From Eledone cirrhosa (lineage: Eukaryota): a stretch of 64,000 bases of DNA. The position numbers were made by a program, and so were the translations under genes. The stretch lies in contig OZ024747.1 of NCBI GenBank assembly GCA_964016885.1, positions 37,510,001 through 37,574,000 of the forward strand. Direction: 5' to 3'. The notes beneath the pieces were generated by a model. It did not search any database. It worked only from the letters and a program-made list of their open reading frames with translations, and was not told where the DNA came from. Shown here piece after piece: positions 28,591-39,854 of this stretch. Within the stretch, counting starts at the first letter, position 1. Each line of letters opens with the position of its first letter.

Positions 28591-31500
28591 CATCATCATC
28601 ATCATCATCAGCGTTTAACGTCCGTGTTCCACGCTTGCATGGGTTTGGACGGGGGTAGTCCCACTTGAGGCAAGAGTGATTGTCTTGCTCGCATAGGACT
28701 GTCTGGCAGGTTTTCTACAGTTGGATGCCCTTCCTAACACCAACCACATTTACAGTGTGGGTCTGGGAGGTTTTTACCGTGTTGCCTACACGGCCACATT
28801 ACAGCGTGGACTGTGTGTTTTTTTGTCGTGACACCTACACGATCTCATTTGTTTCGGCCTCGATGGCGCGGCACCAACATAACTTTACATAGAACGGGGT
28901 GGTGTGGATCGGGTGGGGGTGGTGGGACGGGGTGTATTTGTTAGAGATGCCTACTGGCTGGAGTAGGTTTTACTATATATTTAGGTAAGGCGGGTCTTCT
29001 CTGTTACTGAGTACTGCCAAAGGTCTCGGTCCAGTGACATTGTCTTGGAGAGGTGTAAGTGTGTGATGTCGGAGTTTATCAGCTCGTCCCAGGTTTTTCT
29101 AGGTCTGCCTATTCCGTGACTACCGTCTATCTTTATTGCCCTGCACTTTGTTATACAGCTATCGACTTTCATGCGCATCACGTGTCCATACCAACGTAGC
29201 CTTCTCTCGAGTAAACAACATCTGATCCCTCTTATCTCTAATTTATTCCTTAGTTCGTTTATGCTTTGCCGTTCACGTATATTACTGTTACACATCCAGC
29301 GGAGCATGCAAGCTTCGTTCCTCTCTAGTCTGCGTATATCCTCTGCACACAATGCCCAGGTCTCACTGCCATGCAGCATTGCTGTTCGTATGCAGGCATC
29401 GTACAACCTGCCTTTCATTTTTAGTGAGAACCCTTTAGCAGCTAATAGTGGTATAAGCTCTCTGAACTTTTTCCAACCAGTTCTGACTCTAGCTACAGTA
29501 CTTTCAGAGCACCCTCCCCCACTGCTGATTTTATCGCCCAGGTAACGGAAGCTGTCCACTATTTCTATAGAACCCTCTGCGCAATTGAAAGAGCTAGTAG
29601 TTTGTGGGCACTTGCTGCTACTTATTGCACCAGAGCACCGGCCACATGTAAAATCTATGTTCTTAGTTAGCCTACCTGTGATCCCACTACATCTTTTATG
29701 CACCCATACTTTGCATTTAGGACATAAAATGGAGTTTCTACCTACGCCTTTCCTACACACCGAGCACGACCATTTCCCAGAAGGGACCGCCGCCTTGTTT
29801 TCTTTCCTACAAACTAGTACTTTGGTCTTAGCCAGGTTAATTTTAAGTCCTTTTGACTCTAGGCCGTGCTTCCATGTTTGGAATTTCTTCTCTAGCTCGG
29901 CCATTGATTCCGCTATGAGTGTCAGGTCGTCTGCGTATAGGAGTTCCCATGGGCAGCCTGTCTTGAACTCCTCTGTTATGGCCTGAAGGGCAATAATAAA
30001 TAGTAGTGGACTGAGAACAGAGCCCTGATGGACGCCGACTTTTACGCTAAACTCTTCACTATATTCGTTGTTAATTCTAACCTTGCTGACTGTTTCTTTA
30101 TACATGGCTTGTATAGCCCTCACAAGCCATTCGTCAACGCCTAGTTTTCTAAGAGCCCACCAGATAATGGAGCGGGGGACTCTGTCGAAGGCTTTCTCCA
30201 AGTCGACAAAAGCTAAGTAGAGGGGTTTACCTTTAGCTAGGTACTTCTCTTGTAGTTGTCGTACTATGAAAAGAGCGTCTGTGGTACTTTTGCCTGACAC
30301 AAACCCGAACTGCATTTCATCTAGGTCAATTCTCTCTCTGATTAGCTGCGCTATTACTCTTTCCGTGACCTTCATGACCTGGTCGATTAATTTAATGCCT
30401 CTATAGTTACTCCTATCTAGGGCGTCTCCTTTACCCTTATAACAGTTAACGATGATGCTGCTATGCCAGTCCTTCGGAACAACCCCGTTTTGTACGACTT
30501 GGTTAACTATGCGGGTGACCATGGTGTGTCCCACCGTGCCAGATGCCTTCAGCATCTCAGCAACTATTTCCGAAGGCCCAGCCGCCTTACCAGTCTTCAT
30601 ATCCTTGATTGCCTTACTTATTATACTCCCCTCGACTAACACTGCTGGTCCCTCTATTGGGTCGATATGGGGGAGACTGCCTTTCTCCCAATTATTCTCC
30701 TCATTTAGAAGCCTTTCATAGTGACACTTCCAAGCTACCTTCTTATCAGCGTCGGTGATGGCAAGTGTGCCATCGTCGTTTAGTACACACTTCTCCCCGA
30801 CAATATCACGGTTTTCCTTGACGCATTGCCTAGCAATCCTGAACACCTCACGTTTTTGGTCATCGCGTTGTAGAACATGCTTGAACTTTCTTTCCTCAGC
30901 TTCCCTTCTTGCTAAGTACACTTGTCTCCTAGCTTCCCTCCTGGCCACTTGATAGTCCTCTCTACTTCCCCCATCCCGCCATACTTTCCAAGCCTGCTTT
31001 TTGGCCTTAATTGACCCCTCCACCTTACTGTTCCACCACCATGTTACTCTCCTCCTGCCTACAGGCCTGCTCCAGCCACAGACCTCGTCTGTCGCCAACA
31101 GCAGGTTTGCTTTCAGAAATTCCCACTCTCCCTCTATATTGTCCGACTCTAAATGTTCTTCCTTACTGTCGAAAGCATCAAGTAATATGCTTTGAAATTT
31201 ATTCCTGGCTGTGGGGTCCTTTAACTTCCATATTTTCCTCCTGAGGATAGTCCTCTTCTGTTGTCGAGTACGTCTCGTCCTGACTATGAGGTCGCTAATT
31301 ATCAGTCTATGTTGGGAGGTGCATTCTTCATGGGGGAGGGATTTAGTGTTAACAACAGACACTCTGTCACGTCTTCTGGTAAGGATATAATCTACCTGGC
31401 TTGTGTGTTCCCCGGATCTATAGGTGATCAGGTGATTGTCACGTTTTTTGAAGTTAGTGTTACAGATAGTTAGGTTATTTGCATCACAGAATTCCAGGAT

Positions 31501-32650
31501 TCTGGAGCCTTCCTCATTTCTAGTACCAAACCCATAGCCTCCATGGATTTCGTCGTAGCCGTCACAATGTTGTCCAACGTGACCATTTAGGTCGCCTGCG
31601 ATAATTATATAGTCACTGTCGGATATTTGGGAGGTAGTTAGCATCAGTGTCTCATAGAATCTGTCTTTTATAGTGCCGGGCAGTCCGGATTGGGGTGCGT
31701 ACGCAGATATTACTGTCACCGTAGTTCTATTGAGGACAAGTCGTATTTTAATTATTCTGTCGTTCACTCTATTTACGTCTATTATCTTATCTGCCCACTT
31801 TTCTGCTACCATGATTCCTACTCCACCCAGCCCATCGTCGTTTCCCACCCAGAAAAGCTTATAACAACGTTTTTTACCCTCAATGAACCTAGCAGACCCA
31901 CCCCTCCACCTGGTCTCTTGAATACAACAAACATCGACCTCCTTACGTTCAAGCATTTCTACAACCTCGTTAGCGCGACCCTTTAGGGTGCCTACATTTA
32001 TGGTACCAACTCTGAAGTTTTGGATTGCGTTTGGGGGTTGGGGGCGGTGAGGGGCGGGGGGCGATGGTGTTATGTTAGCCGTCCGCGGTCGAAACAATGA
32101 GGAGTGCTCGCATTCTCGTCCAAGGGGTGAATTTGTCTTTATCTTTGGCATTGTCGCTGAGCGTCCAGATTTTTCTCTCTCACCTCCACTCTCCAGGATT
32201 CCGCAGTCCATCCATCCATCATATATCGTATATCGAAAGGCAACCAGGCAAGCGATAGTATAGGCCTCTGGTTTCTGATTGGTCCGCGTAATAATACTGG
32301 TGATACGTGGGGGCTGTTTTATGATTGGTCCACGTAATAGCAATGGTGGTGTGTGGGGGTGGGAGGGGTGTTGGGCAGCTAGCAAGAAGGTAATGATTGA
32401 GATTTGTCTATGCATTTAACAAGCGATTAACAAAAATACAAAATTTGTTCAGTTAAATACGTCCAAAAACCTAAACGTATTTAGCACTTAATAGGAACAG
32501 AAAATGTAGTTTGTTTTAGCGATAGAATGGCTATTTGGACTTGAAATACGAAATGAGAGAGAGAGAAATTGTATTGAATTACTGTATTAGTAACACTAAT
32601 AATACTACAAATTAAATTTTTTAAACCGTGATTGTCCTCTCCTTCTGTTC
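28591..32650 (-). mobile_element. Full-length RTE-clade LINE (family A) in SF3A3 intron 4
   Basis: Single intact ORF, 3' UTR of about 390 nt, (TGA)n tail at 28591-28610, candidate TSD AGTTTCA. The 5' boundary is approximate. Confidence 0.92.
28981..32415 (-). CDS. RTE LINE ORF: AP endonuclease + reverse transcriptase + PHD finger
   Basis: Stop-free 1144 aa with TINVGTL, CIQET, GDLNGHVG, SQHR (APE), FVDLEKAFD, GVHQGSVLSP, YADD (RT), then CSVC..CPKC..HKRC..CGRC. The real start may be the ATG at 32151. Confidence 0.93.
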   Translation of the reverse strand: MHRQISIITFLLAAQHPSHPHTPPLLLRGPIIKQPPRITSIITRTNQKPEAYTIACLVAFRYTIYDGWMDCGILESGGEREKSGRSATMPKIKTNSPLGRECEHSSLFRPRTANITPSPPAPHRPQPPNAIQNFRVGTINVGTLKGRANEVVEMLERKEVDVCCIQETRWRGGSARFIEGKKRCYKLFWVGNDDGLGGVGIMVAEKWADKIIDVNRVNDRIIKIRLVLNRTTVTVISAYAPQSGLPGTIKDRFYETLMLTTSQISDSDYIIIAGDLNGHVGQHCDGYDEIHGGYGFGTRNEEGSRILEFCDANNLTICNTNFKKRDNHLITYRSGEHTSQVDYILTRRRDRVSVVNTKSLPHEECTSQHRLIISDLIVRTRRTRQQKRTILRRKIWKLKDPTARNKFQSILLDAFDSKEEHLESDNIEGEWEFLKANLLLATDEVCGWSRPVGRRRVTWWWNSKVEGSIKAKKQAWKVWRDGGSREDYQVARREARRQVYLARREAEERKFKHVLQRDDQKREVFRIARQCVKENRDIVGEKCVLNDDGTLAITDADKKVAWKCHYERLLNEENNWEKGSLPHIDPIEGPAVLVEGSIISKAIKDMKTGKAAGPSEIVAEMLKASGTVGHTMVTRIVNQVVQNGVVPKDWHSSIIVNCYKGKGDALDRSNYRGIKLIDQVMKVTERVIAQLIRERIDLDEMQFGFVSGKSTTDALFIVRQLQEKYLAKGKPLYLAFVDLEKAFDRVPRSIIWWALRKLGVDEWLVRAIQAMYKETVSKVRINNEYSEEFSVKVGVHQGSVLSPLLFIIALQAITEEFKTGCPWELLYADDLTLIAESMAELEKKFQTWKHGLESKGLKINLAKTKVLVCRKENKAAVPSGKWSCSVCRKGVGRNSILCPKCKVWVHKRCSGITGRLTKNIDFTCGRCSGAISSSKCPQTTSSFNCAEGSIEIVDSFRYLGDKISSGGGCSESTVARVRTGWKKFRELIPLLAAKGFSLKMKGRLYDACIRTAMLHGSETWALCAEDIRRLERNEACMLRWMCNSNIRERQSINELRNKLEIRGIRCCLLERRLRWYGHVMRMKVDSCITKCRAIKIDGSHGIGRPRKTWDELINSDITHLHLSKTMSLDRDLWQYSVTEKTRLT

Positions 32651-32994
32651 AGTTTCACAGCTGTGACAGAGGAGTATTGGGTACAGGGAAGATTTTTTTA
32701 TATGTTTTTTTTTAAAGTGCAGCCACTATGCTGGCAAATATGGTATGTGGTGGCAATCTGTCTCTAGGAAAGGGTGGGGGATTGACAGAATTGGTAGAAT
32801 GTCAGATAAAATGTCATTGAGGTATTTGTTAAATATATAAGGCTATTATTAATACATTTTAGGCAACACAATATATGTATGATACATAAGAGAAATCATG
32901 AATACATTTTATGCTGTAAACCAGATGTCAATAATAAGAGGTGAAATAAAAACCTAACATTTAAAACAACTATTCAAGATAATGAAATACTTAC

Positions 32995-33100
32995 CTCGCC
33001 TGGATGTTTCCGGTGGAAATCTTTAAGGGTTTTCAGCCTGGCATAAAATTCTGCAAATTCATTAGGGCCAGATAATGCAGCCACCTCTTCTTTCCTTTGC
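32995..33100 (-). CDS. SF3A3: SF3A3 coding exon 4
   Basis: QRKEEVAALSGPNEFAEFYARLKTLKDFHRKHPGE; tag/GTAAG, 106 nt. Confidence 0.96.
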
Positions 33101-33447
33101 CTAAAATAAAGATGATATATCTAACTGTCTGGCTACACAGTACATGAGTTAGGACATTACACCTGCTTAGACAAGTAATAAACACACAAATCCATACTTA
33201 CACCTGTTCATAAAGTGTTTATATTTATCTAAAAACCTTCCATCGTACTTTTATAAAAGAACCTTTAAATTATGTTCCACACATCAGATTAACAATAAGA
33301 AAGTTATATTACCAAATCCCTCCAAATTCTCAATAATTTTTAGAATCATAGGAAGTGTAATTTATTAGAAATATGGTAATGAATGGGTTAATATTCTTAA
33401 AAGTAAAAGAAAAGTATCAACTAATGTTAATAAAGTAGTAAACTTAC

Positions 33448-33500
33448 CCATCTTTATCTTCATAAAGTTCCCTTAGTTCATTAGTACAAGAGACAGACCT
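33448..33500 (-). CDS. SF3A3: SF3A3 coding exon 3
   Basis: RSVSCTNELRELYEDKDG; tag/GTAAG, 53 nt, phase consistent. Confidence 0.93.
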
Positions 33501-33976
33501 CTAAAATCGGAGAGATAAAAACATAAATCTTTTAAATTTTCGAAATGTCTAATATACATTAACATTCATGAAGTATAAATGACATTGAGGTCAAAATAAA
33601 TGGGACAAAAAATAAACTGATTAGTTTAAGGGGCTTTTTTTTATCATTCCACATATACTTTTTTCCACAAGTGTATTACAAATAGTCAAGTTGATTTGAT
33701 TTCAAACTACAAGCTTGATCTGTTGATGGCTTATGTCCAGTCAACTAGCACTGTTCAGAGGTCATGCCCATGGCATTTGACAAATGCTGGTCTAATATCT
33801 AGTAAATAAACCCCAAACTACAGGCCTGATCTGTTGATGACTTATGTCCAGTCATTTAACAAATGCTAATATCTAGTAAATAAACAACAAACTACAAGCC
33901 TGATCTGTTGTTTATCCCCAGCCACTGCACTACTCAGAGGTCATGGTTAAGCCACTTAACAAATGCTGACCTAATA

Positions 33977-35655
33977 TCATCATCATCATTTTACGTCTGC
34001 TTTTCCTTGCTTGCAAGGGTGCGACGAGTCCTTTTCAGCACAGTATCTCTCCATTTGTCTTGGTCCTTCATCATCTCCTCTGTGAGCTTCAGTCATGATT
34101 TTCGTGGTTTTCCTCTACTGCGTCTTCCTTCCACTGGAATTTCTTAGCACTTCTTAATCCAGCGGTCATCCTCCATGCGCATCACATGTCCATCCCAATG
34201 CAGTCTTCTCTCCCACACACTACAGTTTATCCCTCTTATACACAGTTTCACTCTCAACTTGTCTGTGCTTCACACACATTGACATTGCACATCCATTGGA
34301 GCATGCTTGCTTCATTTCTCTCCAGCCATCGCATATCTTCCACAGTTGCTGCCCATGTCTCACTATCATGCAGCATCACACATCTCACACAGGCCACATA
34401 TAAACAGTCTTTCGTTTGTAGGGAGAAACCCTTCTTTGTCAACAGAGGAAACAGCTCCCTAAACTTCTTCCAACCCATCCTTATTCTAGACACTATGGCC
34501 TCAGAGCACCCTCCTCCCTTGCTAATCTGATCACCTAGGTATTGGAAGCTATCAACCACCTCTATAGATCCTACCTGCATTTGAAAAATGTGTCTATCAC
34601 TGCCACTTCTACTATCAAATTCCCCTGAATACCTACTGCATATGTAGTTTTCCATACCTGTTAGTTTGCCTGCTATCCCACTACACCTCTTGTGTACCCA
34701 AGATCTGCAGTGTGCACATTCTATAGAATTTATGCCAACCCCTTTTCTACATGTCTAACATGGCTATTTCCCTGATGGAATCAGAGTTTTGTCCTCTTTC
34801 GTATTCATTAACACTTTAATCTTAGCTAGGTTCACTCTCAGTCCTCTTGATTCCAACTGCTGTTTCCATAGCTTGGAGAACTATAATGAATAAGAGTGGG
34901 CTGAGGACCGAACCCTGATGCACTCCTACTTGTATCTGGAATTCCTCACTAAACTCCATTCCTACTCTCACTTTACTGACAGCTCCTCTGTACATAGCAT
35001 GCACTGTCCTCACAAGCCATTCTTCGACACCTAGTTTCTTAGGGACCACCTGATGACAGATTGGGGTATCTATCAAAGGCCTTCTCTAGGTCAACATAAG
35101 CTAAGTATAGTGGCTTATTCTTCTCTAAGAACCTCTCTTATAGTTGTCTCACTAAGAAGAGGGCAACTGTTGTACTTTTCCCAGGCACAAAACCAAACTG
35201 CATCTCATCTAATTTGACCCTTTCTTTAATTAGTTGTGCTAGCATTCTTTCTATCACTTACATAACCTAATCCATCAGTTTTATGCCTCTATAATTGCTC
35301 CTCTCCAGAGCATCCCCTTTACCTTTGTAGCAATTTATAAAAATACTGCTGCACCAGTATGACTTCGCCATATATAGCTTGATTGACTATGCATGCAACC
35401 AGTTTAGTTCCTACTTCTCCTGATGCCTTCAGCATCTCAGCAACTATCCCTGATGGTCCAGCAGCCTTACCCCTTTTCATTTCTTTAATTGCCTCTTTAA
35501 CCCTATAGTCATCAATCTCAATAGTTGGTCCCTCTGTTGGATCTACTGGGGGTAGTTTCTCTCTCTCCCATTCATTCTCAACATTCATCAGTCTCTCATG
35601 ACATTTCCAGGCCTCCTTTTTCTGAACATCAGTGCCACTAAGTGCACCAGCATCA
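33977..35655 (-). mobile_element. 5'-truncated decayed RTE family B copy
   Basis: RT/PHD fragments, (TGA)n tail, ATATC duplication at 33974 and 35655. Confidence 0.9.
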
Positions 35656-36501
35656 TATCTAGTAAATAACCTCAAACAAGTCTTATCTGTTGATGGCTTA
35701 TTTGCAACCACTAACATTGTTCAGGTAATGCACCAAGGCACTTAGCCAAAGCTTGCCTAGTATCTGTAAATATGCAGCATGTGGGAGATACAGCTCATTG
35801 TGTAAGTAACAGGAACACTATTGTTGTTAATCTCTAGCTCAGCTCTGATCTAGTAGACCAGACACAACCATCCTGTCTTATTTTTTCCAGACATAATGTG
35901 TTTAGGATTACATTATCCACTAAACACTTCTATTTTTTTACAGAGAGGAAGGTGTAATTTGAGGGTGATTTTGTTGCTATTTCTAAAAGGTTGAATAACA
36001 ACATAAAGGGTTATTTGTTGGCAAGTGACTCATTAGACCACCATGTTGAGTTTAAGTTTTACTGAAGCCTCTGTCATGGTGATCAGATTTCATTCTCTTA
36101 ATTAATTTTTTTGTAAACTTTTGTAGTTTGGTTTAGTTTGTATGCTGTGCAGAGAAAAGTAATCTGATATTCTGGAGTTGTTCCTTGGTCAGAGAAAGAA
36201 TAAAACATATATATATATATTTTCTTTCTTTTTTTTTCATACAAACTTAACCAAAGTTAAAATCTTAACCTTTTGATATCAAACCACCCCATGGATAGCG
36301 CCTGCTTGTGATGTTGTGGATTCAATGGTTGAAACTGGCTTAATCATATACGGATAAGACAAACTGTTCACCATTCAGTCAGTAATTCACAACACTAATA
36401 AGCCAACCATCTGTTACTCTCAGATATTCGAGACCTGAGAGTACTTTCAATATAAAAAACGAATGTAAACAAGGTTAAAATGAAAATATATGTATACTTA
36501 C

Positions 36502-36549
36502 ATCAAACAAATACTTTAGTCTCTGATCAGAGTTGATCTGCTCCCTTGG
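36502..36549 (-). CDS. SF3A3: SF3A3 coding exon 2
   Basis: PREQINSDQRLKYLFD; cag acceptor, GTAAG donor, 48 nt. Confidence 0.93.
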
Positions 36550-39217
36550 CTGAAGAAATAAAGAGAAAAAAATTAAGAAAATAATTACTAGTAAACATGT
36601 TTTTATCTATTTTATTATGATGCTGTGGGTAAAGGTAAAGACCACCTTTAATCACAAACAATCATGGGATTTGCACCTAGATTTCCCTCTGAAGCACACA
36701 TCTGGGCATGGTTGTTTATGGAAGACGAGCAGTCAACCATGATTGCCTGTCTCCCTTCACAATACCACTGATGAAGTCCAAGGGAAAGGCAATTGCTGAT
36801 ACAGCTTGGCATTAGTGATTTCGCAATTCATTTCTACAGCTGAGTAAACTGGAGCAATGTGAAATAAAATGTCTTCCTCAAGGACACAACGCATCACCCA
36901 GTCTGAGAATCGAACTCACAACCTCCTGATTGCAAACCCAATGCTCTAACCTCTAGGCCATGCGCCTTCACTGTGAGACATTAACCATTATGCTATAGGT
37001 ACAGTGTGCTCATGTATGACAGTGAGATAAGGACACTGACAAAACAATCAGGGAAATGTCTTGATAGTTGCTACACAAGGATGCTAGATATGCCCCCTGA
37101 TGTGAAGTGACAGTACAACATACAACAAATGCCAGTATGGGAACCTCCCAAAAGTAAGTGAAAAGATCAGGGAAACTTGATTCTAACAGGACATTGTGCA
37201 TGACATCCAGAAGAGGACACACCAAGGCAGCTTCTGTGGGAAAACATAGTAGATGTCATGACACATACAGTGACAACTTGAAGGATACTGGCCTGATATC
37301 TATCCAGGAACTGAAGATGACAATGATAGACAGAGAAATGTTGAAAAGGGACTTTGAAGCCTTAGCTCAGATAGATGCCTGGTCTAACTATGTATAGACA
37401 CTGAATAAAATTCAGTGTCCTGTTTTTTGCTTCACAATTATAACATTCCAGATTCATCCTATGGCAAAGCATCTTCGACAAATGATTTTTACCACAGCCT
37501 CAAGTCAACCCAAGTCTCTCAGTGAAAGTGGAGATTCAGAACCTAATGGATGGGTTGTACCTAAAACACAAAGTTTCAAACTTGTTATATATTGTGGCAT
37601 ACTGATTCTGTCTGTGAATAATGTTAAGGATACACATGACTATAGAATACTTAACTACTTATGAAATTAATTTAATGTGTAGAATATCCAGTTGATTGAA
37701 CGAGTGAAGGCTCGTCATTAAAATTGACAGAGAAACCATCGCCAGATCAGCCCTGATCAATCAAATCTAAGGTAAAAAAACATTTTAGGTTTGAACATCA
37801 AATTTTCTCACAGGCATATTGTATAAGGAACACATTATCTAATGTGCCCTTCCTTTAATAAAAGTGGTGACATGTTATTTGAAAGAAAGTTGGCAGCTGT
37901 TTCAAGCAGGTCAAAGTAATACGGAGAGGTTCCCATGTTAATGCCTATATCCGTTTGATTTTGCTCTACAGAAATAGTAAATAATTTATTAATCCTAGAA
38001 TAATTCGGTGTCTGTTAAGAAGTTATAGGAAAAGTGTTTAACCCTTTCATTAAGATATTTCTCTTGAATTACACTGACTATGAATTCTAATTTAGAACCA
38101 GTTCTGTATGAGCAAGACACAGTCACCTAATGTGACTAGCCCCACAACGGGACAACTTGTCTAACCCATGCTAGCATGGAAAAATGAATGTTAAAGGGTG
38201 ATGATGATAAGGATGATGAAATAATCAATAATTAGGAGGGATTTTAAAACAACTTTTTCATTAGCACTTAATTAACAAAGTTTCTTACATAAACAACTTT
38301 GTATTGTAAAACCATGAGTGATTTTAGGTGGTTTGGTATTAAAAGTGTTAAAGACTCCCAATGTTTTGAATTTCTTTAAATCTGCAACAACTTGTCCATG
38401 AGAACGAGGCCATTAGCATGAATGATTACCAAACCATAATAGGTCTCCTTGTTGAACTCAATGATGTGTCACTGAACACAAGTCTCTCACAAGTCATTCA
38501 TCAACAACTAGTTTTCTTAATAACCAAAAACTACAGAGCATAGTACCCTATCAAGGACTTCTCCAAGTTAACAATTGCTCTTAGCTTATTATTCTCTTTT
38601 TTTATAAGTTATTATACAAACCTATATTTAGATTAGTGGTGTACAATGCCAATAAGGACATCTAGCCACAAAACATTGCCTCAAAAAGAACCCCTGACAT
38701 GCAGCCTGTCAGGCCGACCCTCTGCTAGGGCAATGGTTTTAAAACATTTGTTGATGTTGTACAATGACTGTTCAAACAGTCAGCTGAGGACAGTTACTGT
38801 GTAGTTCCAGTTGACTTTAGTATAGCAGACCTATGATCAAAGGGGTTTTAGCCATGGCCATAGCAACTCTATTTATAGCATAATGTTGTTTAAAGTTTGC
38901 TGACTTTTGATCGAGCTAACCTAATATCAAGGCATTCCAAGTGTGACCAAAGCAGCTTTTTTTTTAGAGTATCTAAGTCTACATTATCTAATGTGTCTTT
39001 CCTTCTTGGTTTGTAATTAGAATGAGATTGGACTATTATTTCTAGCAGACAACGCATAAGATTGAGACATAAATTACTACAATTTTTGCACATAGAACAA
39101 TTGGAGGTTTCGATCTAATAGTGTTGTTATTGTTGTTTAACCCTAAATTGGCTTTAATTTTCAATCAAAGGCATTCCACCTTTACATACCCCGTCATTCT
39201 TTATTTTTATTAGGTAA

Positions 39218-39833
39218 CTAGCCGAATTACCCATGCCTTGCTGCGTTTCACACGTTTTTTTTTGTAAGAAAATGATGATTGATTTTAAATCAATGATATA
39301 ATTTATGGAGAAAAAATAAAGAGAAAATGTTAAAAAAGTAGAGGCATTAACTAATAATTTTTGTTGTCATAATTCTAGTGATGTTTTTCCATAGATAAAA
39401 CGTTGAAATTAGCCAAATTTTACTATAAAAGAGAGGTGCTTTTTTTGTTGATTTACGTTTTATTAATAGAAAAACCCCGTGATAATAGAGGTTCCAATAC
39501 TCAAGTTATGGGCTTCCAAAATGTTCACTATAGGGGGTTTAACCCCCATTAGGGTCTCTTAATATTATTGAAATTTGCTGAAATTTTGTGAATAGGCATC
39601 ATATCTTGTCATTTACCTATGGTTTAAATTTCATATAAATCGAAGGGAAAACATTTTCAGCAGGGGTTTGTGCCCCCGGGGAACACTTTGATTAAAATGA
39701 AATATACTTATCCAAGTACCCTGGGCAATGTAGTTTCAGAATATATATGGTTATGGGGGTCTATCTCCAAAATCATAGCAGGACTTCATGAACAAACAAA
39801 CAGACAGGAACTACAACTTTATATATATATAGA
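39218..39833 (-). mobile_element. Non-autonomous Helitron, second family
   Basis: Same TCTATATATA start and CTAG end with a degenerate hairpin; different internal sequence. Confidence 0.72.
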
Positions 39834-39854
39834 TAAGTATAAGAATCGCATTAT

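Noticed and set aside
29171-32263. Multiple plus-strand ORFs over the LINE
   Set aside because: They are antisense shadows of the RTE ORF with no independent motifs.
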